In this document: positions 20,257 to 29,528 of the stretch, one piece after another | Layout of the letters: each line of letters starts with the position of its first letter | Numbering within the stretch: position 1 is the stretch's first letter | NCBI GenBank assembly: GCA_965205335.1 | Contig: OZ242164.1 | Coordinates: 608,001-672,000 of the forward strand | Length of the DNA: 64,000 nt | Direction of reading: 5' to 3' | DNA from: Candidatus Woesearchaeota archaeon | GTDB taxonomy: Archaea; Nanobdellota; Nanobdellia; Woesearchaeales; UBA583 | Position numbers and translations under genes: made by a program | Notes under the pieces: model-generated | What the model saw: only the letters and a program-made list of their open reading frames with translations | Databases searched by the model: none | Told to the model about the DNA's origin: nothing

Positions 20257-20790
20257 TTACTTTTTCCAATCTTTTTTTAAATCTTCCAATCTGGTTTTAA
20301 TACCCAATTTCTCTAAGTAATTAACTGTTTTTTCAGGTACAAAATTCTTCCATTTTGAATCATTTCTTAAAATCATCTCTCTTATATCCGAACCTGAAAT
20401 GTCAGGAATCTCTCTAAGCAAATCATGAGGTGTCTTGACCTCATTTCCTAACTTTTCAAAAATTCTCTTAACCGCAGAACTTCCTGATACAATTAGTGTC
20501 TTCCTATTTACATTGCAGTTTTCTAATATGAAATCCAATCTGTCCTTTGATTCTTTAAAATACGGCATATGAATAAATTCAATCTTTTCAATATCTTCTT
20601 TACTTAGAACTTCTTTTATGAACTTTTCTCTTTCCAATCCTGTTAGGGGATTTTTAAAGTCAGTTTTATTGCTTTGATAAATTACAAGAATCAGATTGTC
20701 CGTTTGTTTCAATGCTTTTCTAAGCAATTTATAATGTCCCAAATGCATTGGCTGAAATCTTACAGGCATTAAAATATTTTCATACCTCAT
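20257..20790 (-). CDS. Nicotinamide-nucleotide adenylyltransferase (NadM-like)
   Basis: RFQPMHLGH, NPLT..ER, ISGSDIRE, WKNFVP. Confidence 0.85.
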   Translation of the reverse strand: MRYENILMPVRFQPMHLGHYKLLRKALKQTDNLILVIYQSNKTDFKNPLTGLEREKFIKEVLSKEDIEKIEFIHMPYFKESKDRLDFILENCNVNRKTLIVSGSSAVKRIFEKLGNEVKTPHDLLREIPDISGSDIREMILRNDSKWKNFVPEKTVNYLEKLGIKTRLEDLKKDWKK

Positions 20791-20840
20791 ACGAAATGAT
20801 ATTAAGTAAAATATATAAATTTATGTCTGCACAATATAAT

Positions 20841-21398
20841 ATGACTAAACAGATTCCAAAACATGCTAAGAAAGTTTTCAACGGCGTTTTATTTAATGTG
20901 TACCAATGGGAACAGGAATTATTTGACGGAAGCAAAACAACATTTGAGGGAGTAGTACACAGACCATCTGTTCAGGTTATCGCACTAACACAGGACAAAA
21001 AAATAGTTCTGCTAAAAGAAAAACAACCAAGCAGAGGCTCTTTCACATCCTTAGTTGGTGGAGGGGTTGATTCAGGAGAAGACTATGAAACTGCCGCAAG
21101 ACGTGAACTCTTAGAGGAAACAGGAATGAAATGCTCACAATTAGAATTATTTAAGATAGACAGAGAAGCAGGGCACATGATATGGAACACACAATATTAC
21201 TTTGCAAAAGGTTGCAAAAAAGTTCAAGAACCGCAAGTTGATTCTGGGGAGAAAATAAGTATCAGCCTTCTTGATTTTGACGAGTTCATTTGTGAAGTTG
21301 CAAAACCTCATTTTAGAAACAAGGGATTTAGTTTAATGGTTCTTCAGATGCATTACGAAAAAACATTAAACGAATTTAAAAAAAGATTACTTAGTTAA
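20841..21398 (+). CDS. NUDIX hydrolase (ADP-ribose pyrophosphatase-like)
   Basis: GGVDSGEDYETAARRELLEETG Nudix box. Confidence 0.92.
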   Translation: MTKQIPKHAKKVFNGVLFNVYQWEQELFDGSKTTFEGVVHRPSVQVIALTQDKKIVLLKEKQPSRGSFTSLVGGGVDSGEDYETAARRELLEETGMKCSQLELFKIDREAGHMIWNTQYYFAKGCKKVQEPQVDSGEKISISLLDFDEFICEVAKPHFRNKGFSLMVLQMHYEKTLNEFKKRLLS

Positions 21399-21436
21399 AC
21401 TGCTCATTTCTCAAATAAATTTCCCTTAAATAAAAC

Positions 21437-22066
21437 TTATTTCATACCTTCAATTGTTTTATGCAATAAATTCAGAACCTTCGTTCTTTCATGATAACTT
21501 AGAATTACATTTCTAACTCTTGGGTTTAAAATTTCCTCTGTATTGTGAACTAATTTTTTTCTCTTCAATTCTTTTAACGTTGTGGGATGAGAAGTCGCCA
21601 AGATTTTTCCCTCATCCATTCTTTCATCCTCTATTAAATGAAGTGTTGATGTAATTTCTTTGTACTTCAAAAATTCTTTTATCTCTGAGTTCAGTCCTTT
21701 CATATCCTCTCCTTTATTCAAGTCAGCATTGTGAATATTTATTATTTTAAGATTAGGATTTCTAAATTTCCCAAACTCAATAAATGACTTGGGAAGAAGT
21801 TTTGTGAAATTATTTGTGATTATAAAATCAGGTTCAAACTGTTCTATGAATACTGATAAATTATCAAAATACTGTTCTGGATTTTTCTCAAACAATTTCT
21901 GGTTCGCAAAAGTGTATGTATAAAAATTATCCAAATCATAAATATCAAAAGGAAATTTTCTATCAAAAATAAGAAAAATATCATATTCTCTATATTTCTG
22001 GGCAAAATTACATGCTAAATTTACATAAGATGATGACAAAAATACAATTCTTTTTCTCTCTTTCAT
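21437..22066 (-). CDS. Divergent formyltransferase-fold protein (PurN-like)
   Basis: IINIHNADL and STLHLIEDERMDEGKIL align with formyltransferase NIHP and VH..D.G motifs. Confidence 0.65.
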   Translation of the reverse strand: MKERKRIVFLSSSYVNLACNFAQKYREYDIFLIFDRKFPFDIYDLDNFYTYTFANQKLFEKNPEQYFDNLSVFIEQFEPDFIITNNFTKLLPKSFIEFGKFRNPNLKIINIHNADLNKGEDMKGLNSEIKEFLKYKEITSTLHLIEDERMDEGKILATSHPTTLKELKRKKLVHNTEEILNPRVRNVILSYHERTKVLNLLHKTIEGMK

Positions 22067-22112
22067 AGAGTTAGATAAGAAACCTCAGTTTAAAAATTCA
22101 TTGTATTTGAAG

Positions 22113-22284
22113 GGCTTTGTAGAAAATAGATTTGGGCAGGCTTTCTATCTTTACCTGAGTTCCTAATTCTAAACAAATTTTGACAAAAAACCTTATGAAA
22201 GAGAGACTTTTGAGTCAATGTGAGATTGGGATTTATCTTAAATCGAAACTCAATCTCCAACTTTATCTTATTTTCTACAAAGCC
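22113..22284. mobile_element. 172-bp MITE with 16-bp perfect TIRs
   Basis: GGCTTTGTAGAAAATA ... TATTTTCTACAAAGCC; flanks ATTTGAAG and AATTTAAG match 6/8; non-coding. Confidence 0.85.
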
Positions 22285-22425
22285 AATTTAAGGATAAATT
22301 ATTTAAGGCTCAAAAAAGAGAGAAGATTGCCTAATCAACATAGCCATAAGTGACTTAGTGTTGCAGCACTATGGGCTTGAATTGAGAAGGGTTGGTTAAA
22401 GTGTTGAAGATAGAAAGAAAAATTA

Positions 22426-22454
22426 GAGTTTGGTTTTACCAAAACTAGACTCTA
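22426..22454. terminator. Hairpin at the 3' end of the HNH gene
   Basis: AGAGTTTGGTTTT-ACC-AAAACTAGACTCT imperfect 13-bp inverted repeat, followed on the minus strand by a T-rich tract. Confidence 0.4.
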
Positions 22455-23273
22455 TAAACTAGATCTAATTTTTTGAGTTTCTTTGTCATAGGTTGCTAAA
22501 CCTAATTGACATAATTTAAATGAGATAGAAACAGGACTTCTACCAAGTTTTTTAGCAATATCTTCTAATGAATGTTTATCTTTATACATCGTTTCAACTT
22601 TTTGACCTTCTTCTTGAGTCCAATTCTTACCATGATTAGGATATCTCTCCAATAATTCTTCTGTAGTTGTTGAAGTATGTCTCTTATTTTTAATATCTGC
22701 AATTGAGAATTTTCTTTTATCTGTATTGATATATTTCTTATTTTCTCTTTCTAATAGTTTCTTGGGCTTTTCCCAATTTATTTCTTCAATTGGCATGAAA
22801 AATCCTGTCTCTTTCTTTAACCTCAAATGTTCTTTGTAATGACATCTATTACATAAAACTCTTATCATATCAATATTTTGTTGAAATTCATTAGGATATT
22901 TTTTAAACATTGCTGGCCAAATACTTTCATTCCTTATGTCGATATATTCATTAGGAATTTTAAGATCGTAAGAGAAATGATGTAAAGTTATATCTTTATC
23001 AGTTCCACAATGTTCACAATTCTTCCCCCTAACTTCAAAAACTTTCTCTCTAAAAAATTTACTTTTTAATTGTTTTCTAGCAAGATTAGAACTTCCAAAT
23101 AAAGTTAAATATTCTTTAGGGAATTTCAAAAAGTCCAAGACATTATCTTGCATAGTTTTTAGATCTTGTAATTGATTGTAACATTCTAATGAGCAATATA
23201 AAAATCCTTCTTTATCTGTGAAAGAATCATTTGGTAATTCATCTCTGCAAGAATTACAAGTAGGTACTTTCAT
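22452..23273 (-). CDS. HNH-type endonuclease with N-terminal Zn finger and C-terminal HTH
   Basis: CNSC..YCSLEC; CEHCG..LHH...LCNRCHYKEH; WTQEE..LEDIAKKLGRS. Confidence 0.75.
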   Translation of the reverse strand: MKVPTCNSCRDELPNDSFTDKEGFLYCSLECYNQLQDLKTMQDNVLDFLKFPKEYLTLFGSSNLARKQLKSKFFREKVFEVRGKNCEHCGTDKDITLHHFSYDLKIPNEYIDIRNESIWPAMFKKYPNEFQQNIDMIRVLCNRCHYKEHLRLKKETGFFMPIEEINWEKPKKLLERENKKYINTDKRKFSIADIKNKRHTSTTTEELLERYPNHGKNWTQEEGQKVETMYKDKHSLEDIAKKLGRSPVSISFKLCQLGLATYDKETQKIRSSL

Positions 23274-23573
23274 TTTTCTTCTTTGATAGGACTCTTTTCT
23301 TTAATACTTAATTTGAATTTTTAAGTAAACTAATTCCCTTTATCATTTGTCTATCCATACACTTAATACTACATAGTTTTATATATATTTAGCCACACAT
23401 AATACACAAACTAAACACATATTTAAAGTTTTTGAACCACAACGTGTTAGTAATACCTCAAAAGGCTTGATAAAAATTATAATATTCAAATACAAAAGTG
23501 CTAAATCCCTAATTTACAAAGTAAATTTTTTAAAAGATTATATAAATCCTAAGTCATTCTTAATTGTATTAAA

Positions 23574-24570
23574 ATGATTAACCCTAAGCACAAAACAGAT
23601 ATTCATAAGTTTTTAGAATCATTTATTGGTTCTATTGAATTTGAGGAATTCCCTTTCTCCAAAAATGTCCTAAATAGGATTCTTGATTACTCCTTAAATG
23701 GAAAATCCATCAGAGGTTCTCTTGTTCTTGAGACTTACAAATCTGTATGGGGGCAATGATTTTGAAAAGGCTCTAAGGGTTGCAACTGGCGTTGAACTAT
23801 TTCACAGTTCAATTTTAATAATAGATGATATTATGGATTGCGATGATATAAGACGAGGCAAACCGTCAATACACAAGCAGTTTGAGAACTTTAATCTTAA
23901 CAGAATATCCAAAAAAGACGGAGAGAGTTACGCTATTTGTGTCTCGACAATTACAAGTTATCTTGGGTTTAAATTATTAAAAGATGTAGATTCTAAAATC
24001 ATTGATTTAATATTAAACAATTACTCTTTGACATATCTTGCCCAGATGCGAGAACTTCAAATTTCAGCAGATATAAGTATTTCAAGAGATGACATTGAAA
24101 AGGTTTACAGAACGAAAACAGGAATATACACCTTCTCGTGTCCTATATCAATTGGTATTTTGCTCTCAGGCAATGAATTTGATAACATGATTTCTGATTT
24201 AGGTGAAGAATTAGGATTATTGTTTCAAATAAAAGATGATTTGCTTGAAATTGAGAGTTCAACTGACGAAATAGGAAAACCCATCGCATCAGACATAGTA
24301 GCAAACAGAATGACTTTGCCAAGATTTCTTTTAAGAAGTGAAATCGATGACTCTGATGAATTGGAAAGATTTGATTCCATTTTTGGCAATGAAGTGAATG
24401 CAGATGATTTGGAGTTTCTAAGGTCAATATGTAAGAAATACAATCTAATTTTCAAATTGTATTCTTACATGGATGAAATTGAAGCAAGTATAAAATCCAA
24501 GTTAGGCAAACACAAATTAAAAGAAATGATAATTCGTTTTATGGATTATAACAGAGATAGAAAGAGATAG
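23574..24570 (+). pseudogene. Polyprenyl (GGPP-type) diphosphate synthase split by a frameshift near 23739-23753
   Basis: GKSIR motif in ORF 23574-23759; DDIMD..RRG, KTG and FQIKDD motifs in the next frame. Confidence 0.85.
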
Positions 24571-24617
24571 GTTTGATAGGATTGTAATCAAATTAGGTTG
24601 TTTTCTTATATTGATAT

Positions 24618-25349
24618 TCATTTCAGATTAATTAAATCATTAGCATTTGTTATATTTACTTTGTCAACTTCTCCTGAATGAGTCCAGAAGATCTTACAAA
24701 TTATTTCTTTTCCAATTTCTCCTTCTCTGTGACCCTTTGCATTCCTATGAAACAAAAAAATTCCTCTGAATACATGAAAAAAACCTTCTTCTTCAGCAGG
24801 TGTAACACAAAAGGGAATTTTTAATTTTCCTGTATCTTTATTAAATGCTTTATTAACCAAATCAACACCAATATCACTTTGACTTAAATTTGCTTTCTCT
24901 CTTATTCTAACTTCTAAATGCCTACACGCATTCAAGACTAAATTCCGCCAGTCTTCAGAATCATAAGTCCTTTGACATGCTTCAATTAAGTTTTTATCAT
25001 GAATCCCTAAAGGAGAACTAACTTGAATTGAAGAATTCATAGATAATAACTTTTCTTGAGATAATTGTTTTAATTTAGAAATTCCTTCCCTTAAATCTGT
25101 CACTATTGAATCTGAACGTGAAATTTGTGAAGGAGGGATATAACTCCCATCATCAGACCTATACTTATTATAAAATCCGTCAATTTTCTCAATAAAAAAA
25201 TCAATTTTCCCTACATCAATTTCTTTAGAATTAACAGGATTATTCAATTCATAAACAAATGAGATAATTGATGAGAAAAATTTGTTATCGGATTCTACAT
25301 GGTCAAGTAATGCCTTCACATTATACTTTAATTTCTTTAACTCATCCAT
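24618..25349 (-). CDS. TIGR02391 (Ymh, HEPN-like) family protein, C-terminus probably chimeric
   Basis: LEVRIRE, GVDLVNKAF, EGF..FRG..RNAKGH; AGGTGA ribosome-binding site; lies directly 3' of tRNA-Met. Confidence 0.7.
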   Translation of the reverse strand: MDELKKLKYNVKALLDHVESDNKFFSSIISFVYELNNPVNSKEIDVGKIDFFIEKIDGFYNKYRSDDGSYIPPSQISRSDSIVTDLREGISKLKQLSQEKLLSMNSSIQVSSPLGIHDKNLIEACQRTYDSEDWRNLVLNACRHLEVRIREKANLSQSDIGVDLVNKAFNKDTGKLKIPFCVTPAEEEGFFHVFRGIFLFHRNAKGHREGEIGKEIICKIFWTHSGEVDKVNITNANDLINLK

Positions 25350-25413
25350 ACAAATCACCTACAGGTATCTATTTAGAGTACCTAACAATTCATAGATATT
25401 TTCTTTTGAAAAG

Positions 25414-25488
25414 TAGCGAAGAGTGGATTTGAACCACTGACCTCCGGGTTATGAGCCCGACGGGCACTCCTAACTGCCCCACTTCGCT
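25414..25488 (-). tRNA. tRNA-Met(CAT), initiator type, no intron, CCA not encoded
   Basis: AGCGAAG/CTTCGCT acceptor stem with A1-U72, GGG-CTCATAA-CCC anticodon arm, GGTTCAAATCC T arm. Confidence 0.97.
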
Positions 25489-25511
25489 ATAATAAAAAAT
25501 ATTTAAAAAAT

Positions 25512-25880
25512 TCAGCCAATAATTCTTGGTTTATCCTTTGGATTCCTTGAAATATAATCAGAAATTCTAAAAAACTTACCGCCTGACTTCTCAATCTTTT
25601 CAAGTGCACTATAAGATGCATTAAACCCAATAACTGTAACCTTCTTCGTTAAATTGCCATCACCAAGCACCTTGCCGCAAACAATAACACTCTCGCCATC
25701 CTTTGCATGCCTGTCAATCTTTGATAAATTCACTTGGGATCTCTGACTCGCAGAACCTGCTAACTTAGCAGCAACTGCTCTCCAAGTGCCAACACCTGAC
25801 TTATTTGAAAACTTCTTCAAACCAGAAATTACATCAAACAATTCCTTATCAGTTGTCTTAGTCTTAGGAAAACTCGCCAT
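25512..25880 (-). CDS. rpl18e: 50S ribosomal protein eL18
   Basis: VNLSKI, VCGKVLGDG, ALEKIEKSGG. Confidence 0.95.
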   Translation of the reverse strand: MASFPKTKTTDKELFDVISGLKKFSNKSGVGTWRAVAAKLAGSASQRSQVNLSKIDRHAKDGESVIVCGKVLGDGNLTKKVTVIGFNASYSALEKIEKSGGKFFRISDYISRNPKDKPRIIG

Positions 25881-26011
25881 TGCAATTAAAATAAATCCCA
25901 ATTACTTTATAAAGACTTTGATTTAGAGCCTAAAATTAAAAAAAATGCTTCTCAAAAAACCTCCTAACATCCCAATTCATCTAACACAAATCAGACACCA
26001 GAAAATAAATA

Positions 26012-26776
26012 TTACGAATAACTCACATTACTCAATGGATAACAATATTCAAAAATACCAAACTTACTCCCAAAACTGCAAACGCAAAACCAATTACTCA
26101 TATTATAACCCTCTTCTAAATCAGCATGTCTTTGAACATAACTACTATTCACCACTAAAACCACATCACCTTCTCCACAAAAATCCATGCAATCAGGCTT
26201 AGACTCAAAAACTGAAACATTAGTATGAACATAATACTCACCATCAATAACCAATTTACTTAAACTATCAGAACATATAACCCCAACCTGCTCAACATCA
26301 GAACCGCTAATCAAACCATCCCAATCATGCAAATCAATATCAAACAAATAAAAAGTTAAAAGTAATAAAACAGAAACAAAAACCATAACCTTAAACAAGA
26401 AAAATATAAACCTAAACAGCCAGCTATAAAAAATTCCTTTTGCTTTTCTTAACACTTCCCTCTGCCATACAGAACTTGGAGTATCCGGATACACAGATAT
26501 AAGCCCATAACTATTATGCCTGTAAATTTCCTTCTTACCTTTCGAAATACTATCATAATTAGAATCGCCCACCATCCCAAAATATTCAATGATCAACTTC
26601 CTCTTAGGAATATAAAAATCAGGATAAAATATACTCTCCTTACCCTTATCATAAGGCCTCTTTAAAATTAACCTCTTCTCATACACAAACTTAATTCTCT
26701 TCTCCGTAAGAAACTTGGCAATCCTTAACTCGCCCCTGCTCTTATACTTCACCTCATTAAACTTATAACTCTTCAT
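26012..26776 (-). CDS. PD-(D/E)XK nuclease-like domain + TM helix + Cys-containing C-terminal domain
   Basis: KSRGELRIA..YEK..YPDFY..IIEYFGM, then a long hydrophobic helix. Confidence 0.7.
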   Translation of the reverse strand: MKSYKFNEVKYKSRGELRIAKFLTEKRIKFVYEKRLILKRPYDKGKESIFYPDFYIPKRKLIIEYFGMVGDSNYDSISKGKKEIYRHNSYGLISVYPDTPSSVWQREVLRKAKGIFYSWLFRFIFFLFKVMVFVSVLLLLTFYLFDIDLHDWDGLISGSDVEQVGVICSDSLSKLVIDGEYYVHTNVSVFESKPDCMDFCGEGDVVLVVNSSYVQRHADLEEGYNMSNWFCVCSFGSKFGIFEYCYPLSNVSYS

Positions 26777-26997
26777 CTTCTCTTAAACAAAACCAAATAA
26801 AGCAAATATGCCACAACCAATATCAACACAACCTTTCCTGCAACAATAAGAAACTCAGCAACCTCTTCCCTAAACTTATACACAACAAAACAGACAATCA
26901 ATAACAAAAGTGCAAACACTAAAAAAATAAAACTTAATTTGGAGAACCTCTTAAACAAAGATTTCCTGCGGCTTGAACGCCTAAAAAACTTACCCAT
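26773..26997 (-). CDS. Small two-TM membrane protein coupled to the nuclease-like gene
   Basis: Basic N-terminus, two hydrophobic helices, ATGA overlap. Confidence 0.65.
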   Translation of the reverse strand: MGKFFRRSSRRKSLFKRFSKLSFIFLVFALLLLIVCFVVYKFREEVAEFLIVAGKVVLILVVAYLLYLVLFKRR

Positions 26998-27183
26998 ATG
27001 AATTTTCTTACTTTCCCATTTATATAATTAATCAAGTAAAAAACAAAAGATACCAAAAAATCCTAAACCTCACTAACCTTTCTACAAAATAACAAACTCC
27101 ATCAACCAACCATAAACCTTACAAAACTAACAAACTCCACTAAGTATTACAAAAATTACACACACTAAAGAACTATAAAAAAA

Positions 27184-28431
27184 TTACAAATCACTAAAAT
27201 CAAGAGTTGCAAACAAATCATCATACATCTCAGATCTTCTAATTTGCTTAACACTACCATCCTCTTTTAACAACAACTCAGAAGACCTTAACTTCCCATT
27301 ATAATTAAAACCCATTGAATGTCCATGTGCTCCAGCATCATGAATTACAATAATATCACCTATCTCAACTTTGGGAAGTTTCCTATCAACTGCAAACTTA
27401 TCATTATTCTCACACAAAGACCCAACAATATCATAAACATCAGTTAGTTCTTCATCCTCTTTGCCAAGAACACTTATATGATGATAAGCCCCATACATTC
27501 CCGGTCTCATAAGATTTGCCATGCACGCGTCAACACCAATATAATTCTTATAAATATCCTTCATATGAATAACCTTCGTAATTAAATAACCATAAGGACC
27601 TGTAATCATTCTTCCTGATTCCAAATATATCTTTAACTCACTCATACCCTCACTAACTGCTTTTTCATACTCATCCTTAATCCCCAAACCTAAATCCATC
27701 AAATCAATTGCTTTCTGGGAAGGCTCATATGGAATTCCAATTCCACCTCCTAAATTCACAAACTCAAACTCAATCCCAACCTCTTTTGAAATTTCAATAA
27801 CAAGTTCAAACATCATCTTAGCAGAATGAACAAAATAATTAACATCAAGTTCATTTGATACTACCATAATATGAATTCCAAACCTCTTAACACCCTTCTC
27901 CTTGCATATCCTATATGCTCTAAAAATCTGTTCTCGGGTTAAACCATATTTTGCTTCCTCTGGCTTTCCTATAATAATATTACCCCCTTTCAAAGGACCT
28001 GGATTATATCTAAAACAAATCAACTCAGGCAGTCTAACATTATCCTCAAGAAATTTAATGTGGTTAATATCATCCAAATTAATTACTGCTCCCATCTTAA
28101 TAGCCTTCTCATATTCCTCTACCATAGTATTATTCGAAGTAAACATAACATTCTCACCAGTAATTCCAACCTTCTCACATAAAAGAAGTTCGGCAATAGA
28201 TGAACAATCCACACCAAAACCAACTCTCTGTATTATTTTCAGAAGATGGGGATTAGGTGATGCTTTAAGTGCATAATACTCCCTAAATCCCTTATTCCAC
28301 GAAAAAGCCTTACTTAGTTTCTCTGCATTAGCGACAATTCCCTTCTCATCATAAATATAAAAAGGTGTGGGATACTTCTTCATAACCTCAATAATCTTCT
28401 CTTTTGTAAAAGGCAAAACTTTCTTAACCAT
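27184..28431 (-). CDS. lysA: Diaminopimelate decarboxylase
   Basis: TPFYIYDE, YALKA, AKYG, NLGGG, ESGR, GSLCENND, GFNYNGK. Confidence 0.95.
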   Translation of the reverse strand: MVKKVLPFTKEKIIEVMKKYPTPFYIYDEKGIVANAEKLSKAFSWNKGFREYYALKASPNPHLLKIIQRVGFGVDCSSIAELLLCEKVGITGENVMFTSNNTMVEEYEKAIKMGAVINLDDINHIKFLEDNVRLPELICFRYNPGPLKGGNIIIGKPEEAKYGLTREQIFRAYRICKEKGVKRFGIHIMVVSNELDVNYFVHSAKMMFELVIEISKEVGIEFEFVNLGGGIGIPYEPSQKAIDLMDLGLGIKDEYEKAVSEGMSELKIYLESGRMITGPYGYLITKVIHMKDIYKNYIGVDACMANLMRPGMYGAYHHISVLGKEDEELTDVYDIVGSLCENNDKFAVDRKLPKVEIGDIIVIHDAGAHGHSMGFNYNGKLRSSELLLKEDGSVKQIRRSEMYDDLFATLDFSDL

Positions 28432-28536
28432 AACAAAAGCCAAAAACACCTCTTTTAAAAATATTGCGATTATGAAATAATTATGTACATTCTTAGAATA
28501 TCAAAAGCCTCATAATTTAATAAGATGTTTTACAAG

Positions 28537-29478
28537 TGTGTAGTCGGGTGACATATGTCACCAGTTAAAAAATTCTTTATTTTCCCAATTTCATGAAGAA
28601 ATATGAAATCCGCAAAGAATTTGTTAAGTTAAGAGTGAAGCAATTTTCTTATTCAAAATGTCAGAAAATTTTGAAGAGTAAATTTGATTATAATATTACT
28701 ATTCGTACTTTAAAACGTTGGCAACGCTGTTTTAATAAAGAATCCAATTGGGATTTTTGTGACAACTCTCAAAGACCAAATAAAATCTGGTATAAAGTAA
28801 CCTTGGACATTGAATCTAAAATTATCAATTTAAGAACTGCAACAGGATGGGGAGCTAAAAAGCTCCGTGATTCTTTACATTTAGACTTACATCCAGCCAC
28901 TGTGAATGAAGTTTTGAAACGCAACAATTTAACTAGAAAAGAACATAACAGAGGTCAACGTAAGAAATATGTTCGTTTTCAAAGAAAACATGCAAATTCG
29001 CTTTGGCACATAGATGATAGCGAATTTGGAAAAAAAAGCAAAATAATTGCTGTAGTTGATGATGCTACAAGATATTGTTTAGGAATCTTACAGGTTCCTA
29101 CTGTAACAACTATGGTTGTTACTGAATTTCTTGATAATTTAACTAAGGAGTTTGGAACTCCAACTCAAATAATTAGTGACAATGGTGCTCCCTATGGATT
29201 AAATAGCAAACATTCTAAGTTTGATGTTTGGTGTCGGAGAAGAAAGATTGAACATATTCGGACTAGAGTAAAGAGACCTCAAACAAATGGAAAAGTCGAA
29301 AGACTTTTCGGAACAATTGAGAGAGAAATTAAATATTGTAATGAGGATTTAGAGAAATTTAGAATGAGATATAATCATTTTAGACCTCATGAGAGCTTGT
29401 TTTTACAAACTCCAGCAAATGAATTTTATTCATTTGAAAGAATTTTTTAACTGGTGACATATGTCACCCGACTACACA
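28537..29478 (+). mobile_element. Complete IS481-family insertion sequence (942 bp)
   Basis: 42-bp perfect TIRs beginning TGTGTAGTCGGGTGACATATGTCACC; 15-bp direct repeat AAGATGTTTTACAAG at 28522-28536 and 29479-29493. Confidence 0.95.
28593..29450 (+). CDS. IS481-family DDE transposase
   Basis: WHID, VDDATR, SDNG, PQTNGKVER, YNHFRPHESL. Confidence 0.95.
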   Translation: MKKYEIRKEFVKLRVKQFSYSKCQKILKSKFDYNITIRTLKRWQRCFNKESNWDFCDNSQRPNKIWYKVTLDIESKIINLRTATGWGAKKLRDSLHLDLHPATVNEVLKRNNLTRKEHNRGQRKKYVRFQRKHANSLWHIDDSEFGKKSKIIAVVDDATRYCLGILQVPTVTTMVVTEFLDNLTKEFGTPTQIISDNGAPYGLNSKHSKFDVWCRRRKIEHIRTRVKRPQTNGKVERLFGTIEREIKYCNEDLEKFRMRYNHFRPHESLFLQTPANEFYSFERIF

Positions 29479-29528
29479 AAGATGTTTTACAAGTTATGTT
29501 TATAAATACTTAAATTTGGATTTATAAC

